From assembly GCA_965649825.1 (NCBI GenBank), contig OZ287715.1, forward strand, positions 62,001-126,000: a stretch of 64,000 bases of DNA, given 5' to 3'. This document shows positions 25,166 to 35,346 of the stretch, in pieces. This DNA comes from Penicillus capitatus. Lineage: Eukaryota > Plantae > Chlorophyta. Each line of letters opens with the position of its first letter. Within the stretch, counting starts at the first letter, position 1. The notes beneath the pieces are model-generated. The model saw only the letters and a program-made list of their open reading frames with translations, ran no database searches and was not told the origin of the DNA. The translations under genes were made by a program, and so were the position numbers.

Positions 25166-26401
25166 TTACATATCTGGATTCGAGAACGGAAAAATCAATG
25201 CCCGCTGTTTGAGAGTGTAATCCGCTTTCTTATCGGGAGACGACGTGTCAGGAATGCACGCAGCTGCAATGGCATGCGTAAATTCCTCTAAACTAAGGAG
25301 CCCATTGTTGCCTTTATCGGCAAAAAACAGGACACTCTCCAAATCACTGACGGACACATCCATACCAAACCTGCTCAGAAAGAATATTATGTATGGAAGA
25401 GTAGCGATGTGTGTACTGTTGGAAGAATGTCTTCCAATCTTTGATAGAAATCTGGCCGTCGCCGTCTGCATCCACCATTGCAAAGAACTCCTTGATCTCC
25501 TGCTCTGTTTTCTCTTTCTGATCATCATCCGTTTCTTTTGCTCGCCGTGGATAGCGTCTCTGAATGTAGCACCCTCTAGACTGTTTTGCCGGAAACTTCG
25601 TTCTTCCCTCCTTTACGAGTTCGTTCACAATTCTCATCACTTCTCGGCGATTGTCTTCACGTTTAGGGTATTTCTGACTGGCCAGTGTCATCAGTCCTGT
25701 CTCTGGGTCATACCTGTCGTTCCTCCGTGATGAACAGTAAAGAGCCAACGATGCGGACCTGTGTTCCACGATCTGAATAATGTGTTGGATGGCATCATCT
25801 GACAGGGAGTATTTTCTCTGCAGCTCTTTTATAAAGACGCGCATCTTCACGACCTTGTTCTTTGGATGCTCATAGTCTCCTTTGGTGAGGACATGATGCA
25901 CTTCCCAGCGAAAGATGCTCGGTGCTTTAGCTGAGATGACAACATATCTGTATCCGTTTTGAAGATTGAGATGTCTGTGTACTTCGAGATTCTGACAGCT
26001 GTACGAGCTCAGCCAGTTTTTCTGTCTGTTCCAAAGAGAGTTTTCGTTGCAGATGTGCGAATCCCGCATTGTTGGATTCAGGATAGAACTGAATGCCTGT
26101 CCGATCGATGTTGTGCGAGGAGACGTACTTTTCTCCTTTTTTCCCCAAGTGCACACCGACCCTGTCTAACTAAACACCCGCTCTCGTGTCTGTGCACGTC
26201 GTTCTCTACCTCGGCGTCCAGCGTTCCGCGCATGCCCAGATTACGCCGCTGTCGCTTGATCTCTTTTGGGTCTTCTTCTTCCAGAGATGTTTCAAAGAGG
26301 CCCAGAGGTACGTGGTTCTCTGGACCCGTGCAAAAACATCGACGCAGCACCTTTGGCCCGATCGAGCGACGAGTGATCCGCCTCAACATGAGTGCGTCCA
26401 T
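25166..26401 (-). CDS. MRPS35: Mitoribosomal small-subunit protein mS35 (MRP-S28 domain) fused to a C-terminal EF-hand pair
   Basis: Mitochondrial presequence-like MDALMLRRITRRSIGPKVLRRCFC; HPKNKVVKMRVFIKEL...IVEHRYDPETGLMTLASQKYPKREDNRREVMRIVNELVKEG; the same frame continues into DADGDGQISIKDW and, after one intron, DKGNNGLLSLEEF. Confidence 0.8.
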
Positions 26402-26743
26402 TAATGAAATGTATTGCATTTGGCTGTAGAGGGAATAGACCACGCGGGTAGACGGATATGTCGCCGAAGTAGGCAATCGTGACGCCGATCTCGCTCTTCT
26501 CTTCAAGGCGGCGAAGATACTTTTCGCGTGTTCGCTCTTCTATGTAGAAGAGCTGCATTGTTGACGTGAACAGTGTCCTCGGTTTTCGCACTTGGTATGT
26601 CGATTCCTCACACTTTGACATATCCGTTTCTTATCTCTTGTCCACTAGGTCAGACTTAAATTCTTTTGAGACATGACGGTTCATGTGGTTGACGCTTACA
26701 AGACGCTTAGCTGTTTAGGCGACAGGCATGCTTTCCTCGCAAC

Positions 26744-29099
26744 ATGAACGGTCGACGTGTTTGTTTTACACTTGCTCTTCTTTTCGTCGTCGCCCTCGGC
26801 AAGTTGGGTGAGAAAATCTCCTTGAATACGAAACGCCTGCTCGCGCCTCATGACCAGACAACAAGAATCTCCGTTTTCACCCCTGCACTTCGAGACACCC
26901 GTTTCTATGCACAAGAGGTGAACCTCCGTATTGCCGACTGACCCCGATGCAATTCGGCCGCGGTGTATGCCTTTGTTAAACGCGATGATTTTTTCCATTC
27001 ACTGTAGGAGCTAGGCATTATTTCGCTTAGAAGCCTTAAGCAAGTTAACACGAGAACGTGTTATTGGGATAAAGACAGTAAAGATTGCATGTTCAATGAC
27101 TTGGCATCCGAGCCGTTCCTCGACGTTGCAGATAATCCCATTGCCGACGACGCTAGCCGTTCCCTCGTTGGCTTCTCTTAGTCATTACACACATCGTCGG
27201 GACATGCATGGCTTTGCAGGAATGCTTCCGCATACGACAAGAGGATTCGTGTTCCGAGGTGGAATACTGTGAATGGTATGGCAGTTGCGCCGGAAACACT
27301 TTCCTAAAGCATCCGCTTTTCCAAGGCTTAATGGGTGGTGCGGCATTTCTACCGAATACTCTCGCAAATTCCATTCAGTGGACTGCATGAAAAAACTGCA
27401 GTTTGACGTTGACATGTATACTGGCAACCGAGAGTGTTACGCGAAGAATACAGAACTTGCCTGTAATGCCACTGGCATATGTTTCTGGTGAGTATGCCCT
27501 TCCAAACTCTCCCTAAAATATGTCACTGTCTAGGGTTGATGACTCTTGTTATTTCGATGAATGGTATTATTTCCATGGCATCCGAACCGATGAAAGTTTT
27601 ACACGAAGAGGAAGGTTTCCAGAAGGAGCTGTGGAGGTATGTTCACCCAGATCAACCGCATTTTGACATTCCTCTGCTGCAAGTTACTCGATGGGAGATT
27701 TAATTTAATGATTGATACCATTCAGAAGGCCATTAATGATGAAGAGATCACCACATGGAGCGCTGTTCTGGACTGGAAAGCACCGCCTGTTAACTGCCCT
27801 CCCTCCTATAAAGCAGTGGTATGAGCATCTCGTTTCTCTCTCGCTCTTCTGACTTCACACGATGCAGCTGTGCGACTACGTCGAAGCCTTCACACCATTC
27901 GTCGTCTATAATATTTATTGTTCTCATAGATATGAGTCGCTGGATCCTTCACTCTGCGAGAGAGATGCGTACTGCTCAGTAGACAGAGAAGATCCAACTC
28001 TTCCATGTATTCCTTCCATTGAGAAAGTGACACTGATCGCCCATCGCGCTGATTATGTGCGTTTTTCTTCACTTCTTGTTCTATGACGTATACTGAGTCA
28101 TTACACAAGGTATTTGCGGATGCAATCGAAGATCCTGAAGCCAGAGCCTTTGCGCGGAAGGCTCTCCAGTGTGAACACATATCCGATTCAGACAAATGCG
28201 AAGGTTTAGCCGAAGGCATTGGTTTCGCCCCATAGCATTCTTTTCATGTGTAGATGAGGATGATTGTACGTGGATCGATACTGATGGCAAATGCATCGTC
28301 TCAACAAAATGGACCGAGGACAAATTCTACAGCATTGTCGGAAAAAAGAAGGATCCAGTATGCCAATCGTATACTCTGGCTTCTCGGTACGGATGCGTCG
28401 ATCTCAAAGATGAAGAGGAGTGCCGCAAAAACCCAAGATGCTCCTACCATAAATCAACAGGTATGTATGTCTATTTATGATCTCTGCTGATCCCTCAACT
28501 TCTGTGATACAGAATCGTGCATCTTGGCATTTTCGGGAACGGTAGAATTCGCACTGTCTCTGTCGGGGGTTGATGACGCATATCGGTACGCTCGAAGCAC
28601 GTGTATGGATGCCACCACCTCGATGGACTGTCAGATAGCAAGTTCGCACGTCGACATACCGACGTCCGGGGATCTCTCCTCCGTTGCAAAGAATGCAGCT
28701 CAAATCAACGAAACCGAAGGAGAGACGGAGGCATCTCTTATTGCCGAGGCTCCAGATTCCATCGAAGGGTTGTCCGATGAATTCTTGGAGCTGAATGAAA
28801 ATCTGAAACACGACGAAGAGGAAGAAGACGACGATAAGATCAGACGTACATCTGCAGGAACATCCGACTCCGACGACAGCAATGACGATGCGACGGAGGG
28901 AGAGGGGGTATACGAAGTTTATAGCTCCGCCGCCAACACCGCCATCGCCATCGCCGGCGTCGAGGCTGAGGTCAAGACCACCGTCGCCGCTGCCGCCAGT
29001 GCCGCTGACATAGTCGCAGGCGCCGGTGGCGGCGGCGACGACTACGACATATTCACAGGCGGCGACGACGATGACGCGACGTGGTCAGTATGGGGATAA
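26744..29099 (+). CDS. Secreted-type Cys-rich repeat pre-pro-protein, paralog B, Asp/Glu/Ala/Gly-rich tail
   Basis: Signal-peptide-like MNGRRVCFTLALLFVVALG; LRSLK motif; modules collinear with paralog A (e.g. KKKDPVCQSYTLASRYGCVDLKDEEECRKNPRCSY versus KEKDPVCQYFVLNVEYGCVDLEDKEDCAEQARCFY). Confidence 0.75.
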
Positions 29100-29414
29100 G
29101 AATATTATTATGACGACTAAAACCGACCGAATACATACAGAATGAGAGAGAGTCTGATAGAAAGTCATGGAGATAGGTGTTCTGCAAGAGAAGTTTTCGC
29201 CATCTGAGAACTTCGATCTCTATCTGCTGTCGTTTCTTGGCCGTTTTGCGCGCCTAGTGCTTCTCTGTTTGTTCTCCGAACGCATTATCTTTGCAATTCG
29301 TGATGGGAGCTGTCGTCTGTGTCTGTGAATTCGAATGTATGTAATAATGAACCTTTCATGAGTTAAAGGCGAGTATCGATTCTTCAGCCGCCGTTGCGTA
29401 GCGAACTGAGAAAG

Positions 29415-29864
29415 ATGGCAGAACAGACCTTTATCATGATCAAGCCCGATGGCGTTCAGCGCGGACTCGTCGGAAAAATCATCAAGCGCTTCGAACAACG
29501 TGGCTACTTCCTACGCGGACTCAAGATGATGACAGTCGAGAAGGCTTTCGCCGAGACGCATTACAAGGACTTGGCTTCGAAGCCATTCTTCCCCGACCTC
29601 ATTGCCTACATCACTAGCGGCCCTGTCGTGGCAATGGTATGGGAGGGAAAAGATGCAACATCGCAAGGACGCAGGATGCTGGGCAAGACAAACCCTCTAG
29701 ATTCGGATCCCGGCACAATCCGTGGAGATTTCTCTTTGATCATGGGACGCAATATCATTCATGGCTCGGATGGAGTGGAGAGTGCCAAGGCGGAGATTGC
29801 GCTCTGGTTTCCGGAAGGACTCAACGAATACGCACACCATTCAAAGGATTGGATTTATGAATAG
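29415..29864 (+). CDS. NDK1: Nucleoside diphosphate kinase, cytosolic type, intronless
   Basis: [18 protein letters not shown]...PGTIRGDF...[22 protein letters not shown], with the catalytic His motif. Confidence 0.98.
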   Translation: MAEQTFIMIKPDGVQRGLVGKIIKRFEQRGYFLRGLKMMTVEKAFAETHYKDLASKPFFPDLIAYITSGPVVAMVWEGKDATSQGRRMLGKTNPLDSDPGTIRGDFSLIMGRNIIHGSDGVESAKAEIALWFPEGLNEYAHHSKDWIYE

Positions 29865-29955
29865 AGAGACGATCTACTTACAGCAACAGGCACTTCATTG
29901 TTTGGATGTTCAGCAGATACAGTACTGAATTCCGTTTAACCCATTAGGCTGCTGT

Positions 29956-30822
29956 CTACTCCCCCGATCGCCGCTCGAGTGTAATGATATCCCTTGACTC
30001 TTGCAATGTCAGAGAAGTGAGCACCCAGGACAATACATCAGAGGCAGCGCGGATGTAATCTGCCAGCCATGACAGGGATCGATATCAAGAAGGATCGATG
30101 GGTGGTTTTGGACTTTGGCGTTCGATGACAGGTCCCTGATTGGATACCGTCAGATCAGATGCGCGTAGCAGGAGACGCATGAGATCCTGAAACGAAGCTT
30201 TCTCTCCATCGAATGCGCGATAGTATTCCGAGTAGGTGTTTTGCAAACGCATATAGGCACTCAGTAGTTTGCGCTCATACTTACCAACCAATCGCACATG
30301 GGCCAGACGTCGCAGAGAGGACGTCGGGATAGCAGAAAGCATATCTGGCTTCTGCCTGGCATTCTCACACATGAGTCGAATCTCGACGAGCAAAGCATCG
30401 ACTACCGTGCGAGATTGAGAATGGCCTTCTTCTTTTCTGTATACTCTTGTGCTTCGTTGAGGTTTGTCGCACGAACATACATGCCATTCTGTAGCATGTA
30501 TTGAGACAAGAGCTTCCATTGATCGACAAAGGGGAGATAATTGTATCGCATGTTGCTCTCCCCCGTCACTCGGTTGTCTTTTCGAAGAGCCTGTATGCAT
30601 CCTGCACAAAATACAGTTAAGTCGTATGCAGTGTATAGGCGTCGACGCATGGATCGTCATGGATATCCTACGTGATGGAAAGCGACATCGCTCAATGCGC
30701 TGCAGCCTGAGGCCTCGTACCGCATGTCGACGTCGTCCGCGCAAAAGATGACGGAGACGAAGGAGAGGTCGAGGCACGACGTTTGGCAACGTAAACGTTT
30801 GACCAGACAGTAGTCCATTCAT
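29956..30822 (-). CDS. Organelle-targeted protein resembling the conserved non-zinc-finger domain of plant OZ1/OZ2/VAR3; no RanBP2 finger
   Basis: Arg/Leu-rich transit-peptide-like start. Spliced core FVDQWKLLSQYMLQNGMY...EYTEKKKAILNLARQKPDMLSAIPTSSLRRLA...ERKLLSAYMRL...KASFQDLMRLLL aligns by eye with remembered plant OZ-family blocks (WPEW..LMERL; ACLNFGKDRFDILRSL; DRKVV; ARTIDLMRIL). Three GT-AG introns. Confidence 0.6.
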
Positions 30823-30924
30823 TTCGTCACCCTGATGGGCCGTTACGTAATAATGATCATCTATAAGAGCCTAACGTTGGCGTTTGTGGGTGAATTCGAC
30901 TATCTGCCTTTTCGTTGTTCGGAC

Positions 30925-33153
30925 ATGATGCAGTCGAGCAAGACCTTAGGCAGGACTACCATCTCAACGCGATTGGCGCCAATTCGGCCTCGTACTGTCT
31001 GGCGGCCAACAAGGATCGTCTGCCGTGCCACATCACACCAGGTCCATATCCCGATGTCCCTCGGTACTTGAACCCGCATCCTGTTCTGTTCTGTCATAGA
31101 CGGAGAGTGCAACGCAATGGGCGTCGCTGATACCTGCCGCAGCGCTGGCAGCTCTGGTTTCAGCCACGCCGGTGCAGGCTGCGGATTATACGGCTCCTCC
31201 ACCTCAGGTTCAACAAACGGAGCCGCGTCGTGCGATCGAGACGTACACGGCACCCTCGACGGCGCCGACCGAATTTGTTTTCCCGGAGTCGACACAGTGG
31301 CGCTACTCAGAACTGATTAACGCCGTCGAGGCAGGAAAAGTGGAACGGGTCCGTTTTGCGAAGGATGGTTCGCAGTTGCAGCTCACAGCAGTCGATGGTA
31401 GACGTGCTCTCGTGACGTTGCCCAACGACCCAGAACTCGTGGATATTCTCGCCAAGAACGGCGTGGACATCTCTGTGGCCGAAGGAGAGCCGCAGGGCAA
31501 CTTTGTCTCTCTTCTGGGAAACCTACTCTTCCCTCTGTTGGCCTTTGGCGGTCTCTTCTTGTTATTTCGCAGTGGATCTGGGTCGAACGAATCTGGAGCT
31601 GGTGGAATGGGTCCCCTAGGTGGACCGGGCAACCCGCTGGACTTTGGTCGAAACAAGTCCAAATTTCAGGAGGTTCCGGATACAGGCGTGAAATTTGCAG
31701 ATGTCGCTGTAAGGCCACCTCTCTGCCACTCTGACATCGACATGGATGTTTGATGCCGTAGGGTGTAGATAATGCAAAGTTGGAGCTTCAGGAAGTGGTG
31801 GATTTCTTGAAGAACCCTGACAAGTACACCCGTCTGGGCGCCAAGATTCCCAAGGGCGTTTTGCTGGTCGGCCCGCCTGGAACAGGAAAGACACTCATTG
31901 CCAAGGCCGTGGCTGGTGAGGCAGGCACGCCCTTCTTCTCCTGTGCCGCTTCGGAGTTTGTGGAGCTGTTTGTGGGAGTGGGCGCCTCCCGTGTGCGCGA
32001 TCTCTTTGCCAAGGCCAAGAGCAAGGCACCATGCATCGTGTTCATCGACGAAATCGATGCCGTGGGTCGTCAGCGTGGTGCAGGAATGGGCGGCGGTAAT
32101 GATGAACGCGAGCAGACCATCAATCAGCTGCTGACAGAGATGGATGGCTTCGAAGGCAACACAGCCGTCATTGTGCTGGCAGCCACCAATCGCCCAGATG
32201 TATTGGATCCTGCTTTGTTGCGTCCTGGACGCTTTGATCGACAAGTAACCGTCGACCGACCAGATGTGCAAGGACGCATTGCTATTCTCAAAGTACATTC
32301 CAAAGGAAAGACCTTGGGCAAAGACGTCGATCTGGATAAAATTGCCAGACGGACACCAGGATTCACAGGAGCCGATTTACAGAATCTGATGAACGAGGCC
32401 GCCATCTTGGCAGCAAGAAGAGATCTGAAAGAGATTTCGAAGGAGGAAGTGGCCGATGCGCTGGAGCGAATCATTGCGGGACCTGAGAAGAAGAACGCCG
32501 TCATGTCTGATAAGAAGAAGAGTCTGGTGTCTTATCACGAAGCGGGTCATGCATTGGTCGGTGCTCTGATGCCGGAATACGATCCGGTCACCAAGATCTC
32601 CATCATTCCCCGCGGTCCTGCCGGCGGCGTGACGTTCTTTGCTCCGAGCGAAGATCGATTGGAATCGGGTCTGTACAGCCGCTCCTATTTGGAGAATCAA
32701 CTGGCTGTTGCCTTGGGCGGTCGCATCGCTGAGGAATTGATCTTCGGAGAGGACGACATTACCACAGGTGCCTCGAGCGATTTCCAACAGGTGACCCGAA
32801 TCGCACGCATGATGGTGACGCAAGTCGGCCTCAGCGACAAGATGGGTCAGATTGCATGGACACAGAGCGGTCCTTCTTTTTTGGGCAGCCAGATTGCTCA
32901 GCCGGGAGAATTCTCGATGCAGACAGCAAGCGAGATCGATGACGAAGTGAAGAGTCTTGTGGAACGTGCCTATCGTCGAGCCAAAGATCTCATCCAGAGC
33001 AACATGAATCTTCTGCACAAGACAGCCGAGATGCTCATAGAGAAGGAGGTTGTGGACGGAGACGAGTTTGAGAAGCTCGTCATCGAATCCAAGGCGGAGC
33101 AGTATCTGAAGAAGGACGCTCCAAATGTCACCATTCCCTATCAGGCTGTCTGA
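30925..33153 (+). CDS. FTSH1: Thylakoid FtsH ATP-dependent Zn metalloprotease, type A (FtsH1/5)
   Basis: Transit peptide; [25 protein letters not shown]; Walker A GPPGTGKT; Walker B IVFIDEID; HEAGH zinc motif. Two introns. Confidence 0.97.
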
Positions 33154-33225
33154 CCTTATCAGCCAACCCTTTGCTGCCCACCATTGACGATTCTTCATTA
33201 TTGATCGACGGATGGTTCTGGTTTT

Positions 33226-33230
33226 TGTAA
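33226..33230 (+). promoter_or_regulatory. TGTAA putative polyadenylation signal after FtsH, 13 bp before the next ATG
   Basis: UGUAA is the established main poly(A) signal in Chlamydomonas and many chlorophytes. Here it lies 72 bp after the FtsH stop. Confidence 0.55.
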
Positions 33231-33243
33231 ACGACGAGCGCGC

Positions 33244-34392
33244 ATGAGTGAGCCAACGAAACCGCGTCGACCCAGCAGCGACATACACCGCGTCGCTCGG
33301 CTGTCTTTCCTCATCGCTGTCTGCCTTCTTGGTTTTCTCTATGGCAATCATTTCGTGAGGATTGCAACGGCACCGACTCTGAACAAGGTCATTGGAGAGA
33401 CGCATCGAGTGATGACGGCGTTCACTGAAGAAGAGATCCCTTCGATTCGACCCGGCCCTCAGAAAAAAGCAGGAATGGTACCAGAGGTTTACTGGAGACG
33501 CGATAAATCGAACATTCGAAAGGAGTTGTTTGAGACGTGGCTCTTTCGCTATATCCATCACAACATCCTTGTGCATCCCGCTGTGCCCTACCCGACCTGT
33601 CAAGTCTATATCAATCACGAATACAAATTCATCTGGATCAAGGGACACAAAGTGGGCAGTACGGCGTTAAGGGAGCCACTGGGATGGCTATGTGATGATC
33701 ACTGGAAGATTCCATCCGATGCCAAGTTCGATCATTGTAGTCACGCCTTGTGGCGTCAGACTGTGACGACAGATGACGTGCTAAAGTACTGGAGAGAGTA
33801 TTTTGTCTTTGGTGTCGTTCGAAATCCCTACGATCGATTTGCAAGTGCCTTTGAGTATATAAAAACGAGCAGGAGCTCCGGACCGTGCGAGAAAGTGATT
33901 CAGAGGCTGTCCTTCGACAACGTATGCCACGATCCCTACCTCCACACGCTTCACTGTGCCCTCGGGCAATGCTGGTGTTCGACGCATCACTTTCGTCATT
34001 TCATGCCTCAGGCTCCCTGTCTCCTAACAGAGTCCCTTCTGCCAGCGGTCGATTACTTGGCAGATATATCGACGTTGGATGCCGATCTGGAATCGATTCT
34101 GGAAAACATCAATGCACGGAGAGACAAATCCCTGCCGCCGCTTGAGATAAACAAAGAACGTTTTACTCATGTCAATGCTCACGGAAATGGCAATAGCACA
34201 TCTGTTGCCAAACAACTGCTTTTGGAAGAAGAGGATCGAGTGGTCCCGAAAAAAGATCAGCCGCCTGAGTACGTTCAGCAGCTTTACCAGCAGAATCCTC
34301 AATGCTTGGAACGTGTCGCGCATTTTTTCCACCAAGACTTCGTGTTACTAGGATACGACAAAGGTAGTCGTGGGGAGTCACTGGACCGTTAG
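33244..34392 (+). CDS. Golgi-type carbohydrate sulfotransferase (Sulfotransfer_2 family), intronless
   Basis: N-terminal type II TM (LSFLIAVCLLGFLYG); 5'-PSB motif FIWIKGHKVGST; 3'-PB motif FVFGVVRNPYDRFASAFEY; terminal FFHQDFVLLGY. Confidence 0.85.
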   Translation: MSEPTKPRRPSSDIHRVARLSFLIAVCLLGFLYGNHFVRIATAPTLNKVIGETHRVMTAFTEEEIPSIRPGPQKKAGMVPEVYWRRDKSNIRKELFETWLFRYIHHNILVHPAVPYPTCQVYINHEYKFIWIKGHKVGSTALREPLGWLCDDHWKIPSDAKFDHCSHALWRQTVTTDDVLKYWREYFVFGVVRNPYDRFASAFEYIKTSRSSGPCEKVIQRLSFDNVCHDPYLHTLHCALGQCWCSTHHFRHFMPQAPCLLTESLLPAVDYLADISTLDADLESILENINARRDKSLPPLEINKERFTHVNAHGNGNSTSVAKQLLLEEEDRVVPKKDQPPEYVQQLYQQNPQCLERVAHFFHQDFVLLGYDKGSRGESLDR

Positions 34393-34404
34393 TGGTACTG
34401 TTCA

Positions 34405-34409
34405 TGTAA
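34405..34409 (+). promoter_or_regulatory. TGTAA putative polyadenylation signal in the 18-bp spacer, 1 bp before the next ATG
   Basis: Spacer sequence tggtactgttcaTGTAAc followed directly by ATG. Confidence 0.5.
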
Positions 34410-34410
34410 C

Positions 34411-35322
34411 ATGCGTATTATATTGCAATCCGTTGCGTGTTTCTTCTGCGCCTGTCTGTTAGGGACACTAAGCCATTGGGTGTTTGTCGACAAGGGCGAG
34501 AGCACCACGCGTCCACTCTTTGCCCCGAGCGCCTTACACGGCACGGAACTCGAGAAAGAGGGTCCCATTTCTCTGATGCGATGGCTCGAAACGTACAGCT
34601 TTTCCGACAAGACAGCCTTTCCAGTTTTGGATCGGCTCGTTCCCAAAACGGATGTGATGCTCGGTACGCAGTGCGCCAGCCATGTCCAGTACGAAGAGCG
34701 GCTGGTATGGGTCTCTGATGAAGGATCGCCATTTGGCATATTTTCACCCGACATGGAATCTCGCCTCCTGGAATCGTGGCTCCTGACGCTGCGTAACGTC
34801 GAAGATGTCGCGTATGGTTGGAAAGTCTCTCTCGTGTTTAGCGTCGTCTGGAATCCTTACGTGCGATTTGCGGCAGCCTACGAGCGTTTCAGGCAACATC
34901 TGAAAGAGGAGGAGAATGAAGTGCCCATATCTTTCTCGCAATTTTGTACCCGGCCCCTGTCCCTTTGCGAAGACTACGACGCGGATGTGTGTTGGGACAC
35001 TATCCAGGCAGCACCCTCTTATGCCATGGCACAGACCCTCTGTACATTCAATGAGAATATGCATCCGAGCGTTGACTTCGTGCTGGATGCTGCGAAGCTG
35101 ATGGACAACAGCAATGTGCCTGCCTCGTGGAAGAATTTTCTGAGCAAAGAAATGATCAATGAGCTGCAGTTGCGGTTTCGGGAGATCGGCAAAGAGCATC
35201 GATGGATTGAAGAGAAGGCCGAACGCCTTTATCGCGAGAATCCAAGCTGTTTGCAGACGGTCTACGAATTCTACCATGCAGATTTTTTGCTACTGAAGTA
35301 CCCTAAACTGACGTTGTTTTAA
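34411..35322 (+). CDS. Sulfotransferase-like paralog with degenerate PAPS-binding motifs, intronless
   Basis: N-terminal hydrophobic anchor; LVFSVVWNPYVRFAAAYE (3'-PB remnant); terminal FYHADFLLLKY. No KxxST motif at the expected position. Confidence 0.7.
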   Translation: MRIILQSVACFFCACLLGTLSHWVFVDKGESTTRPLFAPSALHGTELEKEGPISLMRWLETYSFSDKTAFPVLDRLVPKTDVMLGTQCASHVQYEERLVWVSDEGSPFGIFSPDMESRLLESWLLTLRNVEDVAYGWKVSLVFSVVWNPYVRFAAAYERFRQHLKEEENEVPISFSQFCTRPLSLCEDYDADVCWDTIQAAPSYAMAQTLCTFNENMHPSVDFVLDAAKLMDNSNVPASWKNFLSKEMINELQLRFREIGKEHRWIEEKAERLYRENPSCLQTVYEFYHADFLLLKYPKLTLF

Positions 35323-35346
35323 GTCCCTATCAAACGATTGTGCGAG

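Noticed and set aside
26292-26743. 109-aa minus-strand ORF and a canonical plus-strand intron (26595-26648) between mS35 and paralog B
   Set aside because: No ATG-initiated spliced ORF of convincing length or homology could be built. A 5'-UTR intron or promoter region is more likely.
30005-30060. CPGC motif as a remnant zinc finger of the OZ-like gene
   Set aside because: It lies in a different frame from the best-aligning terminal exon (NYIRAASDVLSWVL) and lacks the rest of the RanBP2 pattern.
32377-33648. 423-aa minus-strand ORF and other long antisense ORFs (e.g. 22601-23557, 31666-32298)
   Set aside because: They are shadow frames antisense to well-supported genes (FtsH, sulfotransferase, TMCO1 and the coiled-coil gene) and contain no motifs.
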